The notes under the pieces: generated by a model | Database searches by the model: none | What the model was told of the DNA's origin: nothing | Seen by the model: the letters and a program-made list of their open reading frames with translations, nothing else | Program-made: the position numbers and the translations under genes | Shown: piece by piece, positions 27,166-36,456 of the stretch | How the letters are laid out: every line of letters starts with the position of its first letter | Position numbering within the stretch: the stretch's first letter is position 1 | Source: an uncultured Acidimicrobiales bacterium | Lineage (GTDB): Bacteria; Actinomycetota; Acidimicrobiia; Acidimicrobiales; CAVXTF01 | Direction: 5' to 3' | Assembly: GCA_963701375.1 (NCBI GenBank) | Contig: CAVOZT010000003.1 | Coordinates: 508,086-572,085, forward strand | DNA: 64,000 nucleotides

Positions 27166-28255
27166 TGACTGGTCCGCCTACCACAGAAGTCGCAACCCGC
27201 TCATAGAGCTGTTCGTGCAGGTCGAGACTCTGACTTAGGTCGAGGTTGCTCTCGGCATGATCGCGACATGCGGAGCGCGAGATCTCTTTCGTCCTCACGA
27301 CAGCGTCTGCTGCTGCGTCGCAGTCGCCAGGGGATACCAGGAAGCCCGTCACACCGTCGATGACCACTTCACCGAGTGCCCCCCGGCGGAAGGCGACTAC
27401 GGGCGTGCCGCACGCTTGCGCTTCGGCAGCGACCATTCCGAAGGGCTCCTCCCACATCGCCGGGCACAGCACAACCGCTGCGCGAGCCATTACCTTCCAC
27501 AGTTCCGATCTCGGAATGCCGGGATGGACATCGATGCCCGGCCCGGCGCGGCGCGGGTCGATCTCCTTCAGTGTGTAGTCGTCGTCGTAGTTGTCGCCAT
27601 AGACGTCGATGCCGATACCTGCTGACTGGGCGATCTCGAGCGCTTCGGCAACTCCCTTCTCCTGGCTCAGCCTGCCCGCGAAGAGAGCGCGATCTCCTGC
27701 CGTCGACGACCAGCAGATCGACCGGGTGGGGACGTAAGGCGGCAAGATCGCGTCGACGGCGACGAGCTGACGCCACGCTCGGGCCTGGCTTCCAGACACA
27801 CATGCAACCGTTGGTGGCCGGTCGTGTTGACCGGCTGCACGCAACGCCGCAGCAACCGCCACGTCGGGGGGTAAGTGAAGTGTGTGCACTACCGGAGCAT
27901 GCAGCGCAGTCGCGAGGCTGACCGCGGGCGCGTCGAAGGCGTGATTGTGGACAATGTCGTATCTCGCGCCGCTTATAGCGTTGTAGACGGCGCCAAACGC
28001 CATATCGGCCACGCCCGTCTCAGGCGTGACTCCGTCACTTGAAGCCCGATAGAGCGTGTCGGCGAGAACTCTGTGATCGATCCCCGTGTCGATGACCTTC
28101 ACGCCGGGTACTTCCGATCCAGAAGCTGCGTAAATGTGAACTTCGTGACCCCTGTCCACGAGACCGCGTGCCAGATCGGATACGAATGCCTGCGATCCAC
28201 CCCGTTGGGGTTCTCGGATCAGCGAAACGAGAGGCGCAACAATCGCGACCTTCAC
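27158..28255 (-). CDS. GT4/group-1 (GT-B) glycosyltransferase
   Basis: MKVAIVAP..GGSQAFV N-terminus and C-terminal EEPFGMVAAEAQACGTPVVA (E-x7-E). Confidence 0.85.
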   Translation of the reverse strand: MKVAIVAPLVSLIREPQRGGSQAFVSDLARGLVDRGHEVHIYAASGSEVPGVKVIDTGIDHRVLADTLYRASSDGVTPETGVADMAFGAVYNAISGARYDIVHNHAFDAPAVSLATALHAPVVHTLHLPPDVAVAAALRAAGQHDRPPTVACVSGSQARAWRQLVAVDAILPPYVPTRSICWSSTAGDRALFAGRLSQEKGVAEALEIAQSAGIGIDVYGDNYDDDYTLKEIDPRRAGPGIDVHPGIPRSELWKVMARAAVVLCPAMWEEPFGMVAAEAQACGTPVVAFRRGALGEVVIDGVTGFLVSPGDCDAAADAVVRTKEISRSACRDHAESNLDLSQSLDLHEQLYERVATSVVGGPVSG

Positions 28256-29037
28256 GGGGCGATCACCTTGAACGCGAGATCGCGCGGCGGGTTGATTCCG
28301 AGCATCGCGTAGGGAACCCGCCGCGAACCGCGGCGGCGTACCTCAGCTCCTACGCCTGGATAGAAGATCTCCGTCAGTTCGGCAGCCTCGTCACGACTCG
28401 CGAACTCGACAAACATCTCTCCCTCGAAACACACATACTCATAGCCGTGCGCAGCGAGCCAGGAGATTCCGTTCGGCCAGACGATGACGACCAGACCACC
28501 CGGCCTGCACACCCGTTCCATCTCGGCAAGGCCGGCCTCGCCACCATGGCCAGGATCGGGCGTCAGTGCCGAACACGCCACCACTAAATCAGCGTGCGCG
28601 TCGCTAACAGGCAGGTCGTCAAAGAACCCATTGATCACCTTGGCGCGGTCCCCATGATCCGCTCCCGCAAGCTTTTGAATCAGGATCTCGCGCAACTGTT
28701 CAGCGGGTTCGATGGCCACAACCTCATCTGCGCGCATGACGAGTTCCAACGTCAATCGGCCGGTACCTGCAGCCACCTCGACAATCCGGTCGACATGGAG
28801 TGGCATCCACTCGAGCACGCCGGGATGGATCCGCTCGGCCCTGACTAGACGATCGTAGAGTTCGGGTTCGAGCCGGTATAGGAGCTCCCATGCAAGCGTG
28901 ATGTCCCGCCGCGGGTTGCGGTCACCGCTTGGTGCAAACCGTCTCGCCTCTTCTTCGGTTAACACCCCGACGTCAGCGGAAGTGTACCGGCATCGCAAAT
29001 CCGCATCCCGCCGTCGCGTTGTCTCAGGCTCGATCAA
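28252..29037 (-). CDS. class I SAM-dependent methyltransferase
   Basis: Motif I IVEVAAGTGRLTLEL; ATGA overlap with the glycosyltransferase gene. Confidence 0.8.
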   Translation of the reverse strand: MIEPETTRRRDADLRCRYTSADVGVLTEEEARRFAPSGDRNPRRDITLAWELLYRLEPELYDRLVRAERIHPGVLEWMPLHVDRIVEVAAGTGRLTLELVMRADEVVAIEPAEQLREILIQKLAGADHGDRAKVINGFFDDLPVSDAHADLVVACSALTPDPGHGGEAGLAEMERVCRPGGLVVIVWPNGISWLAAHGYEYVCFEGEMFVEFASRDEAAELTEIFYPGVGAEVRRRGSRRVPYAMLGINPPRDLAFKVIAP

Positions 29038-29494
29038 CTTGAGCCCAGTTCTTGTCCGTCTCCCACAGCCGGACTGATTGCAAGGAACCCTCGGGGAACT
29101 CGGGACTGACCCGCTCCCAGAACGCCACCGCCAGGTTTTCAGCTGTCGGGATCCGCCCCTGCAACCAGGGAACGTCGGTATTCAGGTTGCGGTGGTCAAC
29201 GTCCTCGATGATCCGGCGGCAGACGACCTCGGAAAGCTGCTTAAGGTCCACGACGTAACCAGTTGCCGGATCGATCTCGCCCGTTACTACAACCTCTAGG
29301 ACATAGTTGTGCCCGTGCAGATTCGAACATTTCCCGAACAGGAGCTGATTCTTCTCATCGGACAGGTTCGGATCGCGCAACTGGTGCGCGGCATTGAATG
29401 ATTCGCGGCGACATACTCGCACGGTCGGAGAGTTAGCCATTTCCTTTGCCTCGGCGACGGCGCCGTCTGCATCGCTGAGATCGTGATACACCAT
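29024..29494 (-). CDS. 6-pyruvoyl-tetrahydropterin synthase (PTPS-I-like; QueD superfamily)
   Basis: CRRESFNAAHQLRDPNLSDEKNQLLFGKCSNLHGHNY closely mirrors the animal PTPS motif (SLSDEENLK.FGKCNNPNGHGHNY). AGGAGG SD 5 nt before the ATG. Confidence 0.85.
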   Translation of the reverse strand: MVYHDLSDADGAVAEAKEMANSPTVRVCRRESFNAAHQLRDPNLSDEKNQLLFGKCSNLHGHNYVLEVVVTGEIDPATGYVVDLKQLSEVVCRRIIEDVDHRNLNTDVPWLQGRIPTAENLAVAFWERVSPEFPEGSLQSVRLWETDKNWAQVDRA

Positions 29495-29680
29495 CTCAAC
29501 CTCCTAGGCTGTCGCTGCGCTGATCACACACCTCGACGATACCGCCCCCACCGAGCCGCAGGCTTAGCGTCACTCGTGCACACGAAGTACCGCACCGGGG
29601 CCTACGCGAGAGGTCGCCGGAATGTCATTCGCTCGAAGCCAAGTGGCATGAGAGCCGTCCGGTAATCGACTGTCGGTCTA

Positions 29681-30334
29681 CTACGCGCCTCGATCGTTTG
29701 AGACGGTCTGAGCAACCGGTTGGGTGAACTGGTCGGTCAACGCAGGAGGGCGCAACGCGTCCGTGCTCGGCGGCGCCCCGCCTGCTGGCGCCCAAAGCAC
29801 TGGTCGGCGGATCACGACGGTCCGCGCAGCTCGGTCATGGCCACCTTGGCGCTTCCGATCACGGACGGCCATGAGGTACGGGAGGAGTCCCGAGCCGGGG
29901 AGCGGCATGGCCCCGGCCAGCGGCGGGAGGATCCATCTGATCGCGGCCCTGCGCAGGCCCGGAGGTGCAGATGGGTCTTCGGCCCGCACGACCTGGATCC
30001 CGAGGAGGCACTTTCCCACCGTGCGTCCCCAGTAGCCGGTGCAAACCACGCGATAAGCGACCCACAGAGCGAACCCTGCGAGCAGCACCGAGACACTTAA
30101 CACGACCCCGGCCCCCAGAAGCTGATGAAGCACCGCTGGCGTGAACGAGCTCGGCCCCGACCAAAGCATGCGCCAAGCGAGCGCGAGCGGGCGCCGCATT
30201 CCGGTGACGGCGACGATCCCGAACGTGGCACCAGCGAAGATCAAAACGTCGATCGACCACGCCGCCGCACGTCGCCACAACGCGGCAAACGGAAGATCAC
30301 CGTCGGTCTCGTCGTGGCGCACGCGTTGACCCAT
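29681..30334 (-). CDS. RDD family membrane protein
   Basis: ALWRRAAAWSIDVLIF..GRTVGKCLLGIQVV..QGGHDRAARTVV; start chosen at MGQRVRH, the upstream part of the ORF is unconvincing. Confidence 0.6.
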   Translation of the reverse strand: MGQRVRHDETDGDLPFAALWRRAAAWSIDVLIFAGATFGIVAVTGMRRPLALAWRMLWSGPSSFTPAVLHQLLGAGVVLSVSVLLAGFALWVAYRVVCTGYWGRTVGKCLLGIQVVRAEDPSAPPGLRRAAIRWILPPLAGAMPLPGSGLLPYLMAVRDRKRQGGHDRAARTVVIRRPVLWAPAGGAPPSTDALRPPALTDQFTQPVAQTVSNDRGA

Positions 30335-30739
30335 CGCAGCCAGGACCGCGACATGCGGACGGGGCCGGCGAAGGTGTACGGCATCGAAAAGCACCGATCC
30401 GGACCTCCCTCGTAAGGCGGCCAGCCACAGGATCCTAAACGGTTGCCCGGCTGACTGCCCGGCCGACGAAATGCTTCGCTTCGGGCGCCACGGACGTGGA
30501 GGGAGGTGACCACACTCGGTTGCGCGCGCAACTACCAGAGAGCTCCGAGACAATACTTTGGGAGCCGGCCGTCGATCAGGAGACTCTCCACTGTGGCGGA
30601 TGAGGTCTTGTGGGTGGACCACTTCCTCCTTGTACCCGTCTAGGCCAGTACTACAACCGCGTGCGATGAGGCTCGACCTCAATGTGTTCAGGACGGTGCA
30701 TTGGTCCCCGCGCAGGGCGCCTTGCGTGAGGCTCCAAAA

Positions 30740-30751
30740 AGTGATATCACT
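30740..30751. promoter_or_regulatory. 12-bp perfect palindrome AGTGATATCACT in the AT-rich region upstream of the SPFH gene
   Basis: Lies 39 nt upstream of ATG 30790 in the most AT-rich stretch of this gap. Confidence 0.35.
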
Positions 30752-30789
30752 TAATATCAGTTTATCGAAGTTGCTCTTTAGGAGGAGTC

Positions 30790-31701
30790 ATGTCTGTCCC
30801 GTCGTACAGCGAACCCGAAGCCACTCTGATCGGTCACTCGGGAACCCGCGTCGAGATCCGTGAACGCGAGGCCTGGGCGATCAGCGGGTGGCTCGGTGTC
30901 CTCGTTGTCGCCGCCTGCGTCGTCGCGGTCATCTTCCTCGCCCGAACTTCTGTGAAGGCGGTCATCGTCGCCCCGATCCTCTTGGGAGTCGTCATCTTGG
31001 CATCGCTGGTCATTGTCCAGCCCGGACAGACCAGGGTGGTGCGATTTTTCGGTCGCTATGTCGGCACTCTTCGTCGGACAGGCCTGTCGTGGATCCTGCC
31101 ACTCTCCGACCGGCGCCTCGTGAGCATTCGAGTACGGAACTTCGAGACCAATCACCTGAAGGTCAACGACGCTGATGGCAATCCAGTCGAGATCGCCGCC
31201 ATTGTTGTCTGGCAGGTTGCCGACACCTCGCGTGCGCTGTATGCCGTCGATGACTACCTCAATTTTGTGAGGGTCCAGGCGGAGTCGGCTCTTCGCCACG
31301 TTGCGACCACACATCCTTACGACGACCCCACGGGCAATGGCCAGTCACTGCGCGGCTCGACCGACACCGTCGCTGCCGAGCTCGCCGAAGAGATGGCCGC
31401 GCGGGTGGTAATCGCCGGGGTCGAGATCGTCGAGGTGCGTGTCAGCCATCTCGCCTACGCGCCCGAGATTGCACAGGCCATGCTGCGACGACAGCAGGCC
31501 AACGCCGTCGTCGCCGCCCGCTCTTGTATCGTTAACGGCGCGGTCGGGATGGTCGAACTGGCGCTCGAGCGATTGAGCGAACGACACATCGTCAACCTTG
31601 ACGAGGAGCGCAAAGCATCGATGGTGAGCAATCTGATGGTCGTGCTGTGTAGTGACCAGCCAGCTTCACCGGTAGTGAACACTGGCACCCTCTACTCGTA
31701 A
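30790..31701 (+). CDS. SPFH/band-7 (stomatin-like) membrane protein
   Basis: Two N-terminal TM segments, then [60 protein letters not shown]. Confidence 0.85.
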   Translation: MSVPSYSEPEATLIGHSGTRVEIREREAWAISGWLGVLVVAACVVAVIFLARTSVKAVIVAPILLGVVILASLVIVQPGQTRVVRFFGRYVGTLRRTGLSWILPLSDRRLVSIRVRNFETNHLKVNDADGNPVEIAAIVVWQVADTSRALYAVDDYLNFVRVQAESALRHVATTHPYDDPTGNGQSLRGSTDTVAAELAEEMAARVVIAGVEIVEVRVSHLAYAPEIAQAMLRRQQANAVVAARSCIVNGAVGMVELALERLSERHIVNLDEERKASMVSNLMVVLCSDQPASPVVNTGTLYS

Positions 31702-31704
31702 GCA

Positions 31705-31899
31705 GTGAGTGAACGCAAGCAGGTACTAGTGCGAATGGATCCCTCGGTTCACGATGCACTTGCGCGTTGGGCGAGCGACGAGTTCCGCAGCATCAACGCC
31801 CACATCGAGATGTTGCTGAGACGAGCCCTCGACGACGCGGGGCGTTTGCCGAAGAGAGTTGGACCTATGCCCAAACGCGGCCGACCACCCAGTGCTTGA
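31705..31899 (+). CDS. small ribbon-helix-helix (Arc/CopG-like) protein
   Basis: GTG start 4 nt after the SPFH stop; KQVLVRMDPSVHDALARWASDEFRSINAHIEMLLRRAL fits a beta-alpha-alpha RHH pattern. Confidence 0.5.
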   Translation: MSERKQVLVRMDPSVHDALARWASDEFRSINAHIEMLLRRALDDAGRLPKRVGPMPKRGRPPSA

Positions 31900-31912
31900 C
31901 CCGATAGGTCTG

Positions 31913-32640
31913 CTAACTCTCCACCGGGCTCAACACACAGAATTCGTTGCCATCGGGGTCGGCCATGACCGCCCAATCGACATTGCCCTGCCCGATGTCG
32001 ATCCGGGTCGCCCCAAGGGAGACCAAGCGGTCCACCTCTGTTCGCCGATCACCATGCTCGGGAGCGATGTCGAGATGGAGCCGGTTCTTCGTGGTCTTCG
32101 GTGGCACCGGCGGACCCCCCCCCAGGTGATGAACGGCCCGGAGTCCCGAGCCCGGATCGCGGTTTCCTCGTCCTGATCCCGCACCAACGGCCATCCGAGC
32201 ACTTCGCTCCAGAAGCAACCGACCTGTCGCGAACCGTCGCAGGTAATAGATCCGAGTCGTCCGCGGTCGTCGACGAACGAATTCCCTGGCTCAAGAATGC
32301 AGAACTCGTTCCCTTCGGGGTCAGCGAGCACGACATGACGTTCGTCCGGATGCTGACCGACGTCGGTGCGGTACGCTCCGAGCTCGATCAGGTTCCCGAC
32401 CGTTTCCGTCTGGTCACCGATGGACACGGTTGCCAGATCGAGATGGATTCGATTCTTTCTCACCTTCTGCTCCGGGACACGCAGGAACGTGATCCGGAAC
32501 AGGGAGTCGTCTGCCGGCAAAAGCCTGATCTCATCAGGGTTCTCGTCGTGGATCTGCCAATCCAGCGTCTCGGCCCAGAAACGCCCGAGACGGAGCGGAT
32601 CGCTCGCATCGAAACAGAGGGCGACGAGCCGCGACGTCAT
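31913..32640 (-). pseudogene. two-domain VOC/glyoxalase-fold protein, frameshifted in a C9/G9 homopolymer
   Basis: Domain 1 has KNRIHLDL..ADPEGNEFCILEP. Domain 2 (KNRLHLDI..ADPDGNEFCVLSP) lies in another frame. The junction is the 9-nt C run at 32115-32123. Confidence 0.7.
32115..32123. repeat. C9 (G9 on the coding strand) homopolymer at the VOC gene frameshift
   Basis: Counted directly: cggaCCCCCCCCCaggtg. Confidence 0.9.
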
Positions 32641-32819
32641 CGCTTCTCCATCATGAGATCCGCCGGGTCATGCCCGCGCAAGTCACATTCTTGATCCCTC
32701 GTAGAGCGCCGTCAGCCGGCACCATCACGCACCAGATTACGCGCCGAATGCTCCTCACCCCTCAGGTTTCGGGTGTTTAGAGCTTTCGACCAGATTCAAC
32801 CCGTAAGTGGGTTTTGCCG

Positions 32820-34685
32820 ATGAACTATCTGGTGCCTGGCTCAGATCTTTCTCATCCGACGCCCAGGCCCAAGAGACGCGGCATCACACTCAGCGTTCGC
32901 TTCTTTCTTGTGCTTGCAGTGCTGGTTCCAGCGTTAGGTGCCGTCGCAGCTGTCGGCTGGCAAGGACTGCGAGCCGGCCAACGGACGGCCAAGGCTCTCT
33001 ATCAAGATCATTTGCTCTCTGCCGAATCGACCGGAGAGCTGAGAACCGAAATGGATCAAGCCCACGAGAGCGCGCTGACGATCCTTCTTACCGCTCCACA
33101 AGATCGTTCTCGCCTCATCAGCACCTTGGTAACGGAGACCGTGCCGACTGTCGACGTGACCTTGGCTGCCGTTCGCCAGTCACACGACGCCGATCCGATC
33201 GAGCGGCGGGCGGCCGACAGAATCGCGGCCGACTGGCAGCAATTCCACGTTCTGGTCGCTCAAGGCATACTGGCGATGCCTCAGGGCGCAGCCGCCGCCC
33301 TGAAAGTCAACGCCCTGTTCGATGACGCCACCTCCGGCACGGACCAACTAATCAATCGGGAGGACGTCCAAGCGTCACAGGAGTACAAACGCAGCCAAAG
33401 GGATTATGAAGACTCGATTCTTCTCATGTTGCTGAGTTTGGCGATCGCCCTCGCTGCCGGAATTGGAATGGTCATTTGGTTGATCCGTAGCGTCCTTCCC
33501 AGAACATTGTCGTACGTACGATTCGCCGCGGAGATCGCAAACGGGGACGACACGGATGTGCTCGAGGTTCGGGGAAGCGACGAGCTCGGTGACTTGGGAC
33601 GAACTCTTCGCGACATGGCTCGGCGCAGGCGCACGGAACGCTCTTACGAGCAGACTCAACTCGAATTCACCAATACCTTACAGGTGACCGCCGTCGAGCA
33701 GGAAGCGCACAACCTACTCAAGCTTCACTTGGAGCGAAGTTTGCCGAAGGTCGATGTCACCATTCTCAACCGCAATAACAGCGCTGATCGTCTGGAACCT
33801 GTCACGAAGCTGTCGGACGGCTCGCCGCTAATTGCAGGTCTCGACGGTGCCCAACCGCGATCGTGCCTAGCAGTCCGGTATGCCCGCTCTCGCCATAGCT
33901 CAACTACTGCCACACCGCTCCTAGCATGCTCCGTTTGTGGAACGTGCCCGGGGGAGACGACTTGCACTCCGCTCCTCGTAAGTGGAGAGGTGATCGGCTC
34001 GGTTCTAATCACGCATCCGTTCCCTCTCTCCGACGACGAGCAGCGTCGCATTCGTGAATCAGTTAGCCAATCCGCACCGGTACTCGCCAACTTGCGCAAC
34101 CTTGCTATTGCTGAGCAGCGAGCATCAACCGATTCTCTTACCGGTCTGCCCAACCGGCGGGCAATTCAAGAGACCATAAAGCGGATGGTCGCCCATGCAT
34201 CGCGTACCGTCTCTCCACTCTCTGCGCTCATGATCGACCTCGACCATTTCAAGCACATCAACGACAAGCACGGACACAGTCGAGGCGACGAAGTGCTCGC
34301 CGGAGTTGGTGCCGCAATCCAAGCGACGCTTCGGACAAGCGACTTCGCGGGCCGGTGGGGTGGTGAAGAATTCCTTCTGCTTCTTCCGGACACAGCCGTT
34401 GACGGCGCTGTTAGCGTCGCAGAGAAAGTCCGGAAAGCTATCAGCGAGATTCATGTCCCCGACGTTGATCGACGGATCAGCGCAAGCATCGGCATTGCCA
34501 CCATCCCCGATCATGCCGGAGACGCGGAACACCTGGAACGCAGCGCAGATCGAGCGCTCTATACCGCAAAGAGAAGCGGGCGCGATCGCGTTGAGATCGC
34601 TTCCAGCGACACTGTACCGGATGATTCGAGCTTCACGGTTCCGGCGATCGACCTGGTCCAAGCCAGCGATACCGCACATCCGTGA
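32820..34685 (+). CDS. membrane sensor diguanylate cyclase (periplasmic helical sensor-TM-HAMP-linker-GGDEF)
   Basis: Two TMs, HAMP (DELGDLGRTLRDMA), GGDEF domain with DSLTGLPNRR and RWGGEEFLLLL. Confidence 0.85.
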   Translation: MNYLVPGSDLSHPTPRPKRRGITLSVRFFLVLAVLVPALGAVAAVGWQGLRAGQRTAKALYQDHLLSAESTGELRTEMDQAHESALTILLTAPQDRSRLISTLVTETVPTVDVTLAAVRQSHDADPIERRAADRIAADWQQFHVLVAQGILAMPQGAAAALKVNALFDDATSGTDQLINREDVQASQEYKRSQRDYEDSILLMLLSLAIALAAGIGMVIWLIRSVLPRTLSYVRFAAEIANGDDTDVLEVRGSDELGDLGRTLRDMARRRRTERSYEQTQLEFTNTLQVTAVEQEAHNLLKLHLERSLPKVDVTILNRNNSADRLEPVTKLSDGSPLIAGLDGAQPRSCLAVRYARSRHSSTTATPLLACSVCGTCPGETTCTPLLVSGEVIGSVLITHPFPLSDDEQRRIRESVSQSAPVLANLRNLAIAEQRASTDSLTGLPNRRAIQETIKRMVAHASRTVSPLSALMIDLDHFKHINDKHGHSRGDEVLAGVGAAIQATLRTSDFAGRWGGEEFLLLLPDTAVDGAVSVAEKVRKAISEIHVPDVDRRISASIGIATIPDHAGDAEHLERSADRALYTAKRSGRDRVEIASSDTVPDDSSFTVPAIDLVQASDTAHP

Positions 34686-34716
34686 GCCTTTCGAAGGCGA
34701 GGTAGCCGGAACAGCC

Positions 34717-34953
34717 TTAGTCTTCGGGAAGGGCGGCGAAGTCTCGCTTAGATTTCCTGTACCAGCCCATTCCGGATACTGGATGCTTCCATCTGCCTTT
34801 CATCTCCTTCAAGGCGCTCTTGTGTGTTTCATCGCCCGTTGAGACGATTTCGTTTAGATGTCTATCTTGCGCCTTTATGACTTCGTCAGCCGTTTCCCCA
34901 TAGAGCGCGAAATCACATGGCCCACCCAGTTGTCTACATGTCATTGTTTTCAT
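34717..34953 (-). CDS. DUF1059-like small protein
   Basis: MKTMTCRQLGGPCDFALYGETADEVIKAQDRHL matches my recollection of DUF1059; AAAGGAAA SD. Confidence 0.55.
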   Translation of the reverse strand: MKTMTCRQLGGPCDFALYGETADEVIKAQDRHLNEIVSTGDETHKSALKEMKGRWKHPVSGMGWYRKSKRDFAALPED

Positions 34954-34985
34954 GGATCTCGGTTTCCTTTCGTAATGCTCGGTCG

Positions 34986-35384
34986 TCAGGCTTGCGCGAT
35001 GCGCACGAGGTTGCCCGAAGGGTCGCGGAACGCGCAGTCGCGCACACCCCAAGGCTGGGAAGCCGGTTCTTGGAGCACCTCGGCTCCTGACGCACGGACC
35101 TTCTCGAACGTCTTATCGAGGTCGTCGGAACTGAAGATCGCGGCTTGGAGAGAGCCTTGCGTTACGAGAGACAGGAGCGCATCACCCTCGGCCTGCGAGC
35201 GACCACCGTGAGGTTGAGATAGGACGATGTTGACATCCTGGCCGGGGGCACCAACGGTGACCCAACGGAAGCCGTCGGACGCGACGTCGTTTCGGACCTC
35301 GAGCCCGAGCGCGTCGCGGTAGAAGCCAAGCGCTTCGTCGGGGTCATGGACGGGGATGAACATTGCGGAGACGGTGAGAGCCAT
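34986..35384 (-). CDS. VOC/glyoxalase family protein
   Basis: FIPVHDPDEALGFYRDALGLEV..FRDPSGNLVRIAQ. Confidence 0.8.
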   Translation of the reverse strand: MALTVSAMFIPVHDPDEALGFYRDALGLEVRNDVASDGFRWVTVGAPGQDVNIVLSQPHGGRSQAEGDALLSLVTQGSLQAAIFSSDDLDKTFEKVRASGAEVLQEPASQPWGVRDCAFRDPSGNLVRIAQA

Positions 35385-35511
35385 GCGAGAAATCATATGA
35401 GTGGCGACCCACCGAGTGCTTCTCCGATCCTGCTCGGTTCGAGTCGCGCCGCCTTTGGTACAGCCGCGCCGCTGCGCTCGGAGCCGACCAGTCGGCGCAC
35501 CTCCGCAATGC

Positions 35512-35919
35512 TCAGACTGTCACCGCTGTACGCCGAGGGCGTGTCACGACCTTGCTAACGCACGCCGGAACGACCTCGACGTGGCGATGGTCACGTGCGC
35601 GGTACTGAGAAGGCGTCTCCCCGATGATCTCGGTGAAGCGCGAACTGAAAGAGCCGAGGGACGTGCAGCCGACGGCGACGCAAGTATCAGTAACCGACAT
35701 CCCCTGACGCAGAAAGGCTTTGGCCCGTTCGATGCGCCGAGTCATTAGATAGGTGTAAGGAGTTTCGCCATACGCGCCGCGGAACTTGCGCGAGAAGTGC
35801 GCTGGTGACATGAGCGCCGCGCGAGCCATAGCCGGGACATCGAGGGGCCGCGCGTACTCGCGGTCGATGAGATCGCGAGCCCGGCGCAGGTGCGCGAGAT
35901 CGGCAATCTCCTCCGGCAT
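35512..35919 (-). CDS. AraC-family transcriptional regulator (HTH domain only)
   Basis: MSPAHFSRKFRGAYGETPYTYLMTRRIERAKAFL..GCTSLGSFSSRFTEIIGETPSQYR. Confidence 0.8.
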   Translation of the reverse strand: MPEEIADLAHLRRARDLIDREYARPLDVPAMARAALMSPAHFSRKFRGAYGETPYTYLMTRRIERAKAFLRQGMSVTDTCVAVGCTSLGSFSSRFTEIIGETPSQYRARDHRHVEVVPACVSKVVTRPRRTAVTV

Positions 35920-36017
35920 CACGATGACTATCGTACGCGGCGGTTCGCCTCTTCGGTCAAAACAGCTGGTCGACGAAGAGCGCAGGTGCACCTCGAGAGT
36001 GCCGGCAGGTAGGCCTG

Positions 36018-36281
36018 TTACCGCACTTCTTCGTGCACCGCAGCAGTACGACCTTGCGCATCGATTACCTCACGGTCGTAGGTGTGATGACGACCGCCCG
36101 CCGTGCGGCGCGACATGCCGAAAACAACCGACGAAATCAATAGGCCGGCTGCCCCGACGATCATGAGAATGACCCCTACTGTGGAATACCTGAACCCGTG
36201 TGCCTGAGCGGTCACTGCCCAATACATCACGGCGCCAACCGCGAATGCGATGGTGCTGAAGACCATTCCTGACGTACCCAT
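36018..36281 (-). CDS. small two-TM membrane protein
   Basis: Two hydrophobic helices (VFSTIAFAVGAVMYWAV; VGVILMIVGAAGLLISSVVF) and a basic C-terminal tail. Confidence 0.5.
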   Translation of the reverse strand: MGTSGMVFSTIAFAVGAVMYWAVTAQAHGFRYSTVGVILMIVGAAGLLISSVVFGMSRRTAGGRHHTYDREVIDAQGRTAAVHEEVR

Positions 36282-36456
36282 TTCTGTGCCTCCATCTCCT
36301 ACTGACCATCGGTCAGTAGCGAAGGAAGCAGGGTCCAGGGGACCTTCGATACCCTAACTATAGCACTGTGCGCTCTCCCCTCGCCGCATCAGCTTCTCGC
36401 TCACTTTCGTCTTCACATCTGCTCAGGGTGAGGCCGGTTCTTGGCGATATGTAGGG

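Noticed and set aside
29495-29680. Possible riboswitch in the 186-nt leader of the pterin operon
   Set aside because: I could not recognise any known riboswitch consensus (preQ1, THF, ZTP) by eye, so no structural claim can be supported without a covariance-model scan.
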